From contig CDRNST010000119.1 in NCBI GenBank assembly GCA_977016875.1, forward strand, positions 744,001-808,000: a DNA stretch of 64,000 bases, given 5' to 3'. Source of the DNA: Pavona decussata (lineage: Eukaryota). Of the stretch, positions 24,076 through 37,450 are shown piece after piece; position 1 is the first letter of the stretch, and every line of letters starts with the position of its first letter. The notes below the pieces were generated by a model that saw nothing but the letters and a program-made list of their open reading frames with translations, was not told the origin of the DNA and ran no database searches. The position numbers and the translations under genes were made by a program.

Positions 24076-27000
24076 GGTGGCTTACTACAGTTTTCTGAGG
24101 TGAAAGAAGGCCTTAAATCAAACTTAAGAAAAACGCTAACAAGAGTTTTTTTGGAGGCTTTTTTAGTAAAATAAATACAATAGATATAATTTTGAATCAG
24201 AAATGGTGTTTGAAATGCCCAAAAAGTGTCACATATAGTAGAATGAGTCTCTAGCAGGGGCCTGGGAACTACACCTTTTAGAGCTGTCTGGCTCTAAATC
24301 TAGCCGTACGACCGCACTTCAAAATTTCAGGATTTGGAAAGTGGGCAAAAATAAGTATTTATAGGCAACAACACGAAATTCTGTCAGGTAGAAATTTGGC
24401 AAATGAGGAAATTGGGACATTTTGTCTTATTTGAAAATTCCTGGAAAAAATGGTTAACGCGACCTACGGTGAGAAAGCCATTGTGCATGCTCGTTTCAGG
24501 GAAAACGCGGGTTCCGGCGCGCGTACTCCAACTGATGAGTGAGGAGTGCGTCCTGCCTTCGTGTTCATTCCGATGTTTGTTTGACAATATGGCCATATTT
24601 ACTGACCGCCCAGAAAGGTAATGATGCCGGAGTGAATGTGATTTTCACTGTTATTTTATTTGATAACTTTTCTACGAGACACGTTTGTTTTCACTTTGTT
24701 GTGCAAGAGAAATAGCCCTTGTTGACTTTTTCATTCACAAAACAGCTCATCACAGAACACTGTGAAGCCCATTCAAGTTACGTCGTTTTGGAGGCGTTTT
24801 GTTCGAATGCTTTCAATTCACTTCTGATTTGAGAAAGTTTACAATTTTCTGCAAAGTGATTGAGCACTTTGTCCCTCGTGGGGACTTTCTTTGAGAAGAA
24901 GAGGGTGGATTTGCTAACAGCGCGGTGACTCCTCGTGGTCCTAATGACGCGTGCAAATTCCTCAAGGCATCGAGCGTCAAACCACCATCAGCGAGCTTCT
25001 TTTCGAGTGTTTTCTTGATGATGGAGCGATCACTGTCATTAAACAACCTGTTTTTAAAGGTCAGGAGCCTATCATAGGAATTGTCAAGGTACTGTGTGTC
25101 GACCAAGGCGGTAGAGAAATTAATCATTTGACTGTTGTTTATCATGTCCTCTGTGGTTAGTGCAAGCTTTGATTGAAATAGAATCTTATGTGATCTCCGT
25201 TCTGGTTTATACTTCTGATAAGCAGTGGCGTATCAAAAACGTTTGCGTTGTTGCCTATAAGAACAGTTTTCACTGGTTTGAGAAGTGTGCGTTTCCAGTT
25301 TTCATGGCAGAGGTTTTCAAGAAATCAGTAAAGGATCTCAAACATTCAATCAGAGACATTGTCTCCAGTTGGTTGCCATTTCTGTAAAGAATGCGTTCTT
25401 TGCCAAATGCTGTTATGTGGAATCAGTTAACTCTGCTTGCATGTTCATTGATATCCCAATTTGGCAAGACCAATTTCGTAAACTTTTCACCAGTGTTTTG
25501 ACAAATTGCTGCTAATTCCACAACCTCAGCTTTCTTTCCACCACAATTTGTTTCTGTATCAAATATGACAAAATTATGTGTGAAATTTGCATTAAACTTT
25601 TCAAATATTTTTTTTTGGCCTGCTGCAAAGTGGAGGGACATGATTTTCAATGTGGCACAGTTCAGCTTTTGAAATGTTATATGCATTTAAAACTTCTGGT
25701 TCTATAGAGAGAGCACTGCAAAATTCATAAACAGTTCCCTCTCTAGATTCTGAAAGTCCATTCTTGCTCGAGCAGATTTTGGCCAGCTGTCTCCTTCTTT
25801 TAAAAGCTGTTGTTTGTTTGCGTACTTTGTCTTGCTTTCTTTCATAGTCAATTTTCTCAATTTGCCTGTCCATGATGGACCCAGGTGTAATATCTGCAGT
25901 TTCCAACACTTATTTGAGGTATTTCTTGCCAATATTCTTTTGTGCTACAGCACATGCCACCCGCTGGTCGGCACTTTCGCTCCCACCATAAAAACGAATT
26001 TTGGGGTTTTTTGAACCAATAGTACTGTTAAGGCTTTCATTTCTTTGAGAAGATGCATTTTGTGCAATCTTTCTCACAACATTTTGATTGGAATAAATAG
26101 AAAAAAACCCCTTCTAGTGCTTTTTTCAGGTTTTCTCCAAAAAGGTCTTTCCCATAAGCCAAGTCTTTGTGCTTGTAATTTTCAGGGTTGTTTTTGTATC
26201 CACACCATTCTTTGCAGTTTTCATGATTGCCAAAAGCATGAGGAGTAATGAGTGCTATTGCCTGTTGAAGACCATCCACAACTCCAGCATTTTGGGCCAC
26301 TGCATAGCTAAAACATTTTCCAAAATATTCGATTACCTTGTTTGACAACACTGACTCACCACATGAAAATGATTTTCCGATTTAAGTTTATACAATTGAT
26401 TTACCAAAGTGCGCTTGGCATGAACATTTGTCTGACCATTTTTCTACTTGGTAGGCAACCTCTTCTCTAATTCGGGAAATTGTTGAGCAATCATCATCAC
26501 CAATAAAAACAGCATACTTTACAGGGACACTTCCTTGAACTGGTGCTCGACTAAACAGTTCTACAGCACTTTCGGGTTCCATTGACTTTGAGGACATTTT
26601 ATGGTTCAATCTGCAGTCATGGGTTAGGACTACAACTACCTTTTTTGGCTGAAGAACATGTTCTACATAATTTATTTCTGGTAACATAGTCTTAAGTGTT
26701 TTGCCAGTCAACGAACCCATCACTGCTCCATGACCTGTTAAAAAGTTGTGTGCACGACCACGCTTGGACCACCCCATGTCAAATGACACAGACAGTGGTA
26801 GAAGTCCATCACCCCCGACAACTGCTCCATTCTTCTTTGCTAATGTACACTCTTGGTCCAACATCTCTTTACATGAACCCTTAGCCACCCCTTCTGCTAT
26901 CTTTCCAACCTCATGCTCCCGGATCTTGTAAGTCTTTCTTGTCATAGATGGGATGTCAAGGGTAGTCAAGATTGAGTTAACATGTGAAAAGCCGAGACCA

Positions 27001-29459
27001 TTATCAATTGCAGCCAAGGCTACCTTTGCATCATAAGCTTTTGGGCCCCGTTGTCCTGAACTGTGCTGTTCACTGGTCGAAATGTTGTTGATTTTGCTGC
27101 AGACGTTACACGGACAGAGAGGCAACTAGAAATTCCAGGGGGGAGGGGGTTATTGTGGAGTGAGTGTCGAAACTGTAACCTTATTTGCACTTCATGTAGC
27201 TCAATTCAACTTCTAGTAACTCCACTGACCCTATTACTTGCTGGCCCCACCTCTTCCGGAAAATAATGGTTTATATGGATGTGGTTATGATTCTCCTATT
27301 CCGGTGACCAAGTTACACAATAGCCAGACTCTTAATTTGAAACAAGTCCTCTCGTGTGGACACTCAAGTGATTCATCATCAAGGAACCACAACAATATTA
27401 CTACCATAGTGCTTAACATATTGAAGTCTTTGTAACTGGGTAGGGGACCGAAAAATAAATGTTTGACGTCTTTCTATTTTAAATTTTCATAAATTATTTA
27501 TAATTTTTGATAGATTAATTTTTTCAGTCAGACTGACACAGGTCACTGATTAAAACAAAATCATCTATCATTAATTCACCAGGCTTAACACATAACATCA
27601 CATTTCTTTCACAACATAATTTTTATTAGAGGGCAAGTCATCGGGTTGTACCTTGACCACAGAAGAGACATTTATTAACGTCCTTCTGGAGTTTTCCAAT
27701 GTCAACAATTCTGTAGCCTGTGAAAGGCAAAGCAGTTGAGTGAGACTCTTCACTGGCTGGCTCCATTGCAGACTGCCTCATCATGCTCCTGGTTATGGTA
27801 CTCTGAAGCAGTAATTGACATTTATTCATTTTTTTGGTTTGCAACGTGGATACCAGAAATATTTGCCATTTTTCGTCCGAACTTATTTTTTGCCACTGCT
27901 CTGTAGAACAGTGAGTGACATTGTCCTGTTCCTTGAGTATACTTTTGGATAGGGCTTTTTCATGTCAAATCAGGTTATTTATGAAAGGTACTTTAGTTCA
28001 CATGTTGGTAATTTTATGTTCTTTTTGTCATTTTTTCCCTGAGAACAAGTTTGGCCATTGTCAAGTATTTAGAAAGTTTGAATACACATACTCTTTAACA
28101 CAGTAGTAATAATTTCTTCCATTTTTGTTCAAGTTTCTGTCTTTGGTGTAGATTCTATTTTACTTGAACTGACCCGCTAATTTGACTCACATAACCTATT
28201 GGGCAAGACAGAACCACCCAAAATTCTGTTTTTCAAAAAAAATTTCACAAGTGGTGGTCTTGATCAATAAGTTCTGCGTGTGAAATTGTCTGCTTTCTTT
28301 GTCCTTGAAGTTGGGCAATTATAATATTTACTGTGAAAAAACAGTTGTGTTTTCCAAAATAATTATAATACTGACAGTTCTAATCGGATAATAAAATCCA
28401 TATTCCATTTATTATTTTTGTAATCACTTGCGTTGTAACTCCAGGTACTAGACTATTCGAATATTATTAACGAGCACTCAATGCGGACACATTTTTTTAT
28501 CTGCAAGGGCAAGTCGGGGGAAAGCCCCTTGTGTTTGAAACAACATCAAAACATTGGGGAAATTGGCAAAAAAATTATTACTGTGTTATCCCAGATCCAA
28601 TTTTGTTGTTGAAAACAATGAATAATCCTTAAAAAATTGTTCACCGCATGAAATATAATGGATAACAAGTTAACTGGTTGCTGTGTGGGAAATTAAAACA
28701 AGCGAGGGAAGTCACGAGTACGAGCGAAATTGCACAAACTCAGACGCGTTTCTCGTATGTAGAGCGGTCGTGTTTAAAACTTTTCATAATTTTGTTCTAG
28801 GAATAATAATCAACAAAAGCAGTAGCTCCATATTTCTTGGCTCTTACCTGATTGTTTTCTTGATCTTCCGTGCATGTTTCGATGTCACAGCCTTGCAATT
28901 GTGTACATGTATCTTGTTTATTCAGTTTCTTTGCTCGTATTGCACCTATTTGATTGTCGATTTTCCACTTTCTTTTCAGCCGCATTTCAGTTAGTTTTCC
29001 CTGCGATTCCTCCCAGGCTGCTTGAACGACTGACTCACTTAAAAACACACAGGTAAAAGCGGTAGCGGAACAAACTGCGGTAAAAATATTAAGAAACCGG
29101 CCCGTTTTCCTTTCGTGACTCTCTTCCTTTGTCAACAAAAACACAGGTGTCACGCTCGCACGAGGACTGGCCTTTGGCACAAAATCACAACTCTGCAAAG
29201 GCTTCAAAGCTGTAAAGGGCCGGCAACCATTAGATAACGCCTGTTTTTCAAATTTCGAGCCCAAACACAATCTAGCTACTTTAAGCACACTGCTGGAGCA
29301 CACCCGGAATACAGGGAAATTTTTTCCTCGTGCCGCCATTTTGTTTTTATGCTCGCGTGCTCACGGGGTTTCCTCAGCTGGCTCACGTGACTTTGCACGC
29401 GTGTGATTGCTTTCGTGACTTGGGGAGCGCGCATAGTACAAAAACTGTAGTAAGCCACC
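24076..29459 (-). mobile_element. Kolobok DNA transposon (exonuclease-bearing, KolobokE-like), 5,384 bp, both ends intact
   Basis: Perfect 19-bp TIR GGTGGCTTACTACAGTTTT (24076-24094 and 29441-29459); TTAA TSD at 24072-24075 and 29460-29463. Confidence 0.92.
24813..27850 (-). pseudogene. Kolobok DDE transposase fused to a DEDDh (PML/exuperantia-like) exonuclease, frameshifted
   Basis: GYRIVDI..CLFC; SFDMGWSKRGRAHN.LTGHG; SSKSMEP; YAVFIGDDDCST; HAFGNHENC.EWC; FVIFDTET..EVVELAA; C-terminus GLTLDALRNL..PRGTK. Confidence 0.85.
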
Positions 29460-29463
29460 TTAA

Positions 29464-29885
29464 TACGATCAGCAATTCGTCTGAATTATTGTACACATGT
29501 GGTGAAAACCAAAAGGGGAAATTACAATGTACAAGATCAAAAAGGGGGCCGAGACTAATTACAAAAGAAGCAAAATTGAAAGGAAAACGAAAACTGAATA
29601 CAATAAGCTGAAACTTACATCTGATCCTGACTAAAGGGCTAGAGAAACTCCAACGTTACGTAACCCCAAAAAAGATAAAACTGCTCTGAAACTTCGATGT
29701 TGCGTAGATCTCCTAACTCCAACTCCACAAAAACTTATGGGGCGTTCTCTGATAAGGGTACAATTGACATGTACAGGTGTAAAATCAGTTAGAAAACAGG
29801 AATGGCTAGCAACGTAATTGATTGAAACTGTGAACAATGGTACATAAAAATAGGGGCGTAAAAACTCGATAAATGAAACAGAACA
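29464..29885 (-). repeat. Upstream part of the BEL 5' LTR, split from 23970-24071 by the Kolobok
   Basis: Rejoining across TTAA gives a TGTT...AACA-bounded segment of about 530 bp directly upstream of BEL gag. Confidence 0.55.
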
Positions 29886-30199
29886 GAAACGTATCTTATA
29901 TAAATCAAAACAAAACCAAGCTTAATTACGTAATCAAGTTCTCTTTGATTAAATGTTCATTGTTCATCAAACTGTGAGATGTTGGCTGTTGTTGCACTTT
30001 AAAATATTCACTGGTGAACTTGCGAGCCTTACGGTGTCTACCTTCTAATGCTGCGATTGCAGGTGGCGTAGAATTGATAATATAGTTTGCCCGCAATGCA
30101 CGATGGGAAGCATGTAAATCCCCCCTTGTCACTCCTGAATATATGTAATTGTCGCAAATTGACACAAATGGTAAAAAATTAACATTTTACATTTAGTTC

Positions 30200-30630
30200 A
30201 AATCAAGTAACCTGAAACAGTAACAACAAAACAGACTGAAGCACCACTATTCACTGTACTTCTGAAGTTCACAAAATGTCTAACACCCTGCAGAAATCAT
30301 TTCAAACTAGCTTCCTGCCAATATACTCATAAGCTCTGTGGGTTTCAAGTTAGTTATTAATAAGTTCCTTTACTGTACAAACACATTTTACATGTAGTGC
30401 AAATCAAATAGCTTGAAACAGCAACAACACAACAGACTGATCATGAATCACCACTACATACTGTACTTCTGAGGTTCACAAAATGTCTAAAAGGCCATTT
30501 CTTTAAGTACAGTAATTTTGTTATATCCTCGTGTATGTTTTTCACCACTTCTTTGACCCTGCAGTAGTTATTTCATACTAGCTTCCTCGCCAATATACTC
30601 ATGAGCTCTGTGGGTTTCAAATTAGTTGAG
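30200..30630. repeat. Diverged tandem duplication of about 200 bp
   Basis: CTGTACTTCTGA(A/G)GTTCACAAAATGTCTAA and CCAATATACTCAT(A/G)AGCTCTGTGGGTTTCAA each occur twice. Confidence 0.8.
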
Positions 30631-31434
30631 TTCCTTTGCTGTACAAAAAACTTTTTCTTAAGGATGTCAACAATATTGTGTCTGTTTAAAATACGCCAAA
30701 AGATACCCTTTACAATTGCTTGATTGACTACCAGGGGCCAAGCTGACATGCCTTCACCCACTACTGATGGAATTTGAGAGCAAGGTGGTGATTCACTGAT
30801 ACTGGAGTCATCATTGTTATCGATAACCTCATCAGCAGTTTCTGTATCACCACCCTCAGATGGAGGAGAACGTTATTTTTCTGATCCAGATGCAGGTGAA
30901 CTTCCACTTACAGACAATTCTCCACTGGACAACTGCCAAACAAAACATTGTTTAGCAAATCTCTATCGACAGAAACCAATCAAAAATTGTTTGCCCCTCT
31001 AACTTTTGTAACTGACATTCTTGTCAATCCCAAAACTTAAACAATTACATGGAGGAAGAGCAGTGGTTGGAGTTCCCAGTTGCTTTTTTAAGTTAGTATG
31101 CAGGTAACCACGGACTTATTATATTTATAACCAAAGTATTACATAAGAGAATTAGAGATACCTACGTGTTTGACTTTATGCTTCTTCCTACTTTTTTCTT
31201 CCTTCGGTTCACGATCAGTTTCACTCTGAAAATGTTTCAAATGGAAAAAAATAATGTAAGAAGTATGTTTAGCGTAATTGAGATAAATATCCCATAACAA
31301 CAATGATAACAAATAAATAAATGTTTCATAACACGAAACAATCAGAAAGCTGTTCAAAAGAAGCATTAACGAGGATTTTCGAAGGACACATTTATGAGCA
31401 CCTTGACAAAATCATGTGGAGGTAGAATAACAAA

Positions 31435-32907
31435 CCTTGCAGGATGTTGTTTTAATCCTTCGGTATCGTTGCTGTTCACTGAAGAAATTCTGAATGTCTG
31501 ACAATGCCATCAGCATTGAAGTTGAGTTCTGGTATCCCACACTCTGGAGTAATTCTAGTGGCAAATTCTGTCAACTGTTGTTTTGTATCTGGACTGTTGA
31601 ACATGGGCAAGCTGTCCCCCCATCTTTGTGTTGCTAAAAGCCCAAAGTTGTATAAAGTTGTAGATAAAATGTTAGCTGAAATATGCACCTTATGACAAAT
31701 GAGATTTACTGAGCTGTGCTGTTACCTTCGCAATTTATGACATTAGCACCCTGAACATATCACCATGCAGATAAATATCCAAACATTGCACATAATCTGT
31801 ATCAAGTCTGTAGACCAGGTTCAATAATAAACGATTTTCAGACACACCATCACGGTTTTCGACGCCATTTTGACGAGTAGGCAAACAGGCTTGAAATAAC
31901 AGTGTTTGTATGGAAATCCGATGTCAGATAATTTTCCTTAAAACATTGCTTCTGCAAAATTCATGAATTGGAAACTTTTGGCACTAGGAAAAGGATTTTA
32001 AGAAAAAAATTGGAGGAATGTGGCCGTGCCAGAAAGTGTCCAGTCGTGTTTTGAACTTTGAGACATTTCCCTGTATTTTTTTTTTTTCGCACACTATTTT
32101 TAGTAGCAGTTCACAGCTGGTTCGGTATACAGACAAATGTATGGAAAGTTCAAAACATGACTGAACGCTTTCTGGCACAGCTACATCCCTCCAATTTTTT
32201 TTCTTAAAATCCTTTTCCTAGTGCCAAAAGCTCCCCATTCATGAATTTTTCAGAAGCGATGTTTTTTTTATAATTATTTGACATCGGATTTCCATACAAA
32301 CACTATTATTTCAAGCCTGTTTGCGAACTCGTCAAAATGGCGTCGAAAACCGTGATACACCTATTATTAAAAGTGAGAGTAAGTTACTTTTTTATTTATG
32401 ATCATTAAAACAGAAACAACCAAATAATTGCACAACTTACTTGGACAAATAAAGTTGTCTTATCTCTTGCAATATAGATGACATATCTGCCATAGTTGGC
32501 TTGTAAGCAGGCGCAGCCGGGGAAGATGGCCCTTGCACGTTGGATTTGAAATTCTTTCGTAAACCAAACAGCTTTACCATAGGTGAAGCCTAATGTGATG
32601 AAAATTGGCGCATCAGATTCTCTCGCTGCCAAGTCTGCTATTAAATGGGAGTCATTGATTTCCTCTTCTGCAAAGTGAAACACAAAAATCAGGTTAACCG
32701 TAATCTTCAAATGCAGAGCTTACAAAAATAATCATGTTAGCTTTCATTCGCAGCTGCAAAGTATTTTTTACTTTTTAGGGCTTCATAAATCGCTTCTCCG
32801 AATAGGGACTATACTTTGGCTTAAGTATGAGCATCAGTCTTTCCATTTTCATCGGTAGAACTGCCACAGGTACCACTGTTTTCGCTTGCATTCACCTCAC
32901 TTGCCAT
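31435..32907 (-). pseudogene. Unknown spliced gene, head-to-head with the EnSpm-like transposase
   Basis: Candidate ATG at 32907; exon 32667-32441; 80-bp GT-AG intron; next exon from 32360 reads VYGVSENRLLLNLVYRLDTDYVQCLDIYLHGDMFRVLMS once the MITE is removed. Further small exons may extend to about 30780. Confidence 0.55.
31851..32354. mobile_element. Foldback MITE with CAC termini and 2-bp AT TSD (EnSpm/CACTA-type)
   Basis: Inverted arms of about 220 bp, AT|CACGGTTTTCGACGCCATTTTGACGAG ... CTCGTCAAAATGGCGTCGAAAACCGTG|AT. Confidence 0.85.
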
Positions 32908-32972
32908 TGCTGTTCTGAAAGAGGGAAGATTAGGCTTTTTGGCGAGTAAAGTACGCATTTGCCATCCTCTTT

Positions 32973-33150
32973 TGAGTGTTTTTATTTGTCATTGTTTCTC
33001 GCCGCTTTCGCGGCATTATTTTAACATTTCTCATTGGTCCGCGTGCTGTCCACATGCCAGTCCGCCGTCACCTGTGAGTGTTTTTATTGGCCATTGTTTT
33101 TCGCCGCTTTTGCGGCATTATTTTAACATTTGTTATTGGTCCACGTGCCA
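32973..33150. promoter_or_regulatory. Duplicated candidate bidirectional promoter module (period 102 bp)
   Basis: Two copies of TGAGTGTTTTTATT..CGCCGCTTT.GCGGCATTATTTTAACATTT..ATTGGTCC.CGTGC with CCAAT boxes and one CACGTG, lying between divergent coding regions. Confidence 0.5.
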
Positions 33151-33249
33151 ATCCGCAGATCAGCAGGACAACTTTTTCAAGAAACTGCAGAGCTCTGGGG
33201 ACTAGAATGAGTCAATAAAAGGGCAGAGAAAACGGAAAATTTCGTGGAA

Positions 33250-35620
33250 AGATGTTACTGAGACCCTTTACAGCTGGAGTAGAGATGAAGTTTCCTCTTG
33301 TAGTTGTTCGGAGAAGTCGTGTAGACATGTACACTGCTGATGCTTGCGTTGTCAAGGAAAAGCAACTACAAGAAGCACAGAATTGCGGCACTGGTCAGTG
33401 GCTCAACTGTGTGAACGTGCTTCAACTATTGACGCTAGTTCTGATTCAAGTGATCAGTCAGATAACGAGCCTACAACCATGGATTTTGACGCCGAAGAAA
33501 ATACCTCAGAAGAGCCAGCAGGAGCAGCTGTCCTGGAAGAACAAGGACAGGTTTTCGAGCTTGAAGCCATGGATGTTGTCCCTCCTGACGACGAACCAGT
33601 CGATGACCACAGCTCATGGAAAATAGGAGTGAAGGAAGACAATGTCAATCCTTTAAGACAAATTATTGTGAAGGCTGTGCTTGATGCAATGAATATTATG
33701 GGAGATAGTGGAACTTCCGTGAAAACATTTTATATTATGGTAAAAAGATGCTGTTTACGTCTGTTGGAGAGGACATTGATGTTGACATACTATCTACTCT
33801 GTGGCCAAAAAACTGGAATGCAGCCCAGTTGCTTTTTCTGATGCTAAAGAATATTACATATGTATTTGTAGGGAGAGCAAAGAAATGACATGAAATGAAA
33901 AGACAACCACCAAGTATCAGTACAGCCGTAGTTGGAGTGTACTGGAAAGCAAGTCTGACTTATGTCCTCAGTGTGGTAAGCCTGGATACCTAAAGTACTA
34001 TTACCTTGGTTTAAATGACAAAGTGAAGAACTGGTTTCGTAATGAGGCTATGTGTAAAAGAAATGCTATCACACTGGCAGGAAAAAGATCACTGGCTTGG
34101 GAGAACTTTGAGTTGACCAGTGAAAAAAGAAATCTGGGATGGGCAAAGATGGGTGGACCTTGAATGGTTTTAGAATCCAAACAAAATCTAGCCGCTTCCG
34201 ACAACATGTGTAAATTGTAAAGCCATTATCTCAACCAAAACTCTTCATTCCTGCACTAAGGATGACGATGGCATTGGTGAACTGTCCAGAATGTTTTGAG
34301 ACATTTCTTTTTTTAAATAAAAACAACCTGTGGTTCTCCTTTGAATCTGGCATTGATTGGCCACTGGGATGCTTGGGAGCCTTTCCAAATAAGCTTTAGG
34401 AGTTGTGGCTCTATTGAAATTTTTATAGCTTATATGTACAAGGCAGATCGCGCCCATGTGGAAGATGTCTATGTTGTGGGTTTTGTGCCATGTACATCTG
34501 TGCCTAATGATGTCCCTGAATCTTTTGATGCATTTTTAGAACCGCTAATGAAAGATCTTGTTACTGGTTTTATTGATGGATTTAAAGTCCCCTATCCTTC
34601 AGAAGTTTCCATTGACAACTTTCAGGCAGATGAAATGCCAATTGTAAGAGTTTTATTACTGTGTTGGGCTGAAGATCATCCTGGTCAATGCGAAATTGGA
34701 AAGTTCCTAAATCAAGGTAAATGTGGTTGCAGAAGGTGTAAAATGATTGGAAAGCAAGGCGACTACTCCCACCATTATTATTATTATGGGGACAACCGTT
34801 TCCATTGTCGCTATCCCTGGGAAATCAGAGACATCCAACTTGAACAGGAAAATCTATATGACCTTGATAATGAAACAAGGATAACTGTGAGAAAAAAAAA
34901 ACAATCATCTGAGAGAGGATTTACAGGAACAAGCTTGCTTCATAAGTATTTGTATCCACTTTATGGATTTGATATTCTTCAACATATGGTCATTGATGTC
35001 TTTCACACTGTCCCACTAAACCTTTGTAAGAATCAAGTCCAGAGATTGCTAGAATAAGAGTTAATTGACAAAACCTACCTGGATGAGCAGATCAAGGTCT
35101 TCCCATGGACGACTGAACTTAAAGCTGGAAGGCTTCCTGTTGTAGTTGGAAAGGATGGTAAAGGACTTGCTTTCTGGAAAGCAGAGGGTTTTCAAAAGTT
35201 TGCCTATCCCATGCTTGAAACTGTTTTGGAGGGAAAGCTGCAGAACTTGAATGAAGTTGACATTTTATCTTCAGTCGCAAGATTCACTGAACTGCATTTT
35301 AAATGTGGAAGAGATGGGTGGAATGTTGATATGATTGAACTTCATGAAAAGTTGGCTAAACGAAAAAATTGAAGAAACACAAGGCCTTGAAATGTGTTCA
35401 ATATCAGTTCACAGCATGCTTCATGTGCACGAAGACATCCTGAACGTTTCTGCAACCGACAATTACTGGTGTGCAGTCTTTGAGAGGGCAGTAAAAGATT
35501 ATTTCAAAAGATCTCACAATTGCAAAGGATTGGAAGGGACTTTTGCCAGTTCAGAATCTCGCAGAGAATACTTGAAAGGTCTTCAACCAGAACTTGTGAC
35601 TGATTACTACACTAAGCAGG
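33250..35620 (+). pseudogene. EnSpm/CACTA (Tnp2-like) transposase, disrupted
   Basis: CPQCG..YYYLGL; LIGHWDAWEPF; DAFLEPLMKDL; VRVLLLCW..DHPGQCEIGKF..GCRRC; GFTGTS..YGFD..MVIDVFH; ISVHSMLHV..YWCAVFER. Confidence 0.82.
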
Positions 35621-36339
35621 TAGGCGACATTCTTTCAAGCAATGAGTCTAATTTATCATAATTCCCCGATCCGATTAATCCGTGCAATAAGGATTGTAGG
35701 CCGTTTCTAGCTTTTTACAAGGAGGCAGAATTTATCACTATTTTGTTTTTATTACTGAGAAACAAAAACTAAACTCACACATTTTCGTAACCTAATAGTA
35801 TATAAACCCTTAAACTTAATCTCTGATAGAATCGGTTCGGTACAATTCATCAATTTACAATTATCCTCCCTAACTTTAACTAACTCGCTAACTACAAGCA
35901 TATCTCTCAATTTTCGAATCCGTGTTGGGTTTACTCTACAAAATCTATTGCACTCTTTCTTACAAGAACGTCTAATTTGTGAACGAGGCTGAAACGAAAC
36001 TGGATTTCCTTGTCTCCAAGCCTGAAACGTTCGTAGCATGTTCTTAATCCAGGGAACGTTGTGTAGCTACTTATAAAAACTGACTTGAATGGAATGGGAA
36101 TCCAAAAAAAAAATCGTTGTGCGCTGTATCATATCAAATTCTTTTGTTCCATGTACTGAAAACGGATGGAAAACTGAAGAAAACGCTTCTAGTCCTCAGT
36201 CCCATCTTGGATACGTTCTTAGCATCGGTGTTTTTGGAATCTGCGTGAACTTCATCCTCAACGTTTTTATTGAAGAAAGGGTGTAGTATATTCTGAAAAA
36301 TATACAGGTTCGTCAGATGGCTTAAATTGTGATCTGGCA

Positions 36340-36935
36340 TCGCAATACCTTAACTTCAATTTCGGAAATCTTCTGTGTGAAAACCTTAAAGCTTGGTCTT
36401 TCTGAAGGCTTTTCTTTGGTCATCTCTTTTATCAATTCTTGGACTCTCTGATAAAACCACACCAGACACGATACAGCCTTAAGCATTCGTCCTAATGAGT
36501 ATGTCACTTGCAATGCTGTAACGTCGTTCGTGTAAAACCTCTGGTGCCAAATAGCTTTTCTCATGGCATTTAAAAGCCTTATGATTTTTGTACAATTGAA
36601 GTGACAATGCTTAGTGCTTTTCCCAAAATCAATGATGGCCGGGGCTGAGGCTGAGGCTCGTTCAAGAACTACATTGTTTGCTTTGAGATCATTGTGGAGG
36701 TAGCCTTTTAAATGCACATGACCTAAAGCAGAACATATCTTACGAAAGACAGAAATACAGTCTGCTGGGGTAAGCATGTTGGCATTAGCCGGTTGATGGA
36801 GAGTTACACTCTCTTCCTTAACACCGAGAAATTTCGTCAGTAGGCATAACGGAAAACTTTTTGTAACCACACCAAAAAACATAGGCAGAGTTAGATGGTC
36901 ACCCAATGCAGAAATCACACTTGCTTCGTGGCATA
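36340..36935 (-). pseudogene. Protein kinase domain fragment, frameshifted and 5'-truncated
   Basis: HEASVISALGDH; YLHNDLKANNVVL; IIDFGKS; YSLG; PSERPS. Confidence 0.8.
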
Positions 36936-36944
36936 AATCTACTT

Positions 36945-37263
36945 AATGCTTAAGAGAGTTATATGTACTATAACTTTTTCGAAACCAGATGAACACTCTG
37001 AGCCTCTTTTCAAGGAACTAAAGATTCTTAAATTAACTGATCTTGTTACCCTTCACAATGCACTCCTCATGTATCACTGTTACAATAATCTTCTTCCATC
37101 TTCCTTTGAAAATTTTTTTCAAACAGTAGCATCCATACACTCATACAATACCAGGCTTGCTTCTAAATCAACCTATTGCAAAAACACCATCAAAACAAAC
37201 TATGGTAAACTCAACATTCGCTTTGCAGTTGAAAAAGTGTGGAATCACCTTGACGAAAGCATT
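36945..37263 (+). mobile_element. CR1/L2 (Crack-like) LINE 3' ORF2 fragment
   Basis: HSEPLFKELKILKL..HSYNTR..TNYGK.NIRF..KVWN. Confidence 0.85.
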
Positions 37264-37450
37264 CAGGGCGTTACAAATCGATATTCTCAATAATCAATAA
37301 CAATCGATATTAATCGATTTTTGTCAATACTAATTAACTAATTATTATCGAAAATCGATAAAAATCGATAACAAAAACTGGTGTGATTATCGATTTTGAT
37401 CGATTATGTAATTAAACTTAGATTTTTATCGATTTCTATTCATTTGTATT
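37264..37450 (+). mobile_element. Left end of a non-autonomous DNA transposon with ATCGAT subterminal repeats
   Basis: Starts CAGGGCGTTACAAATCGAT exactly where LINE homology stops; many ATCGAT motifs. No matching right end identified. Confidence 0.5.

Noticed and set aside
28797-29339. 180-aa ORF as an independent gene
   Set aside because: It lies just inside the Kolobok end on the transposase strand and is more likely its 5' exon; no independent domain recognised.
31844-32361. 5-bp TSD ACACC around the foldback element
   Set aside because: Better explained by the host codons GTG TAT GGT GTG; the 2-bp AT model restores the frame and the 5-bp model does not.
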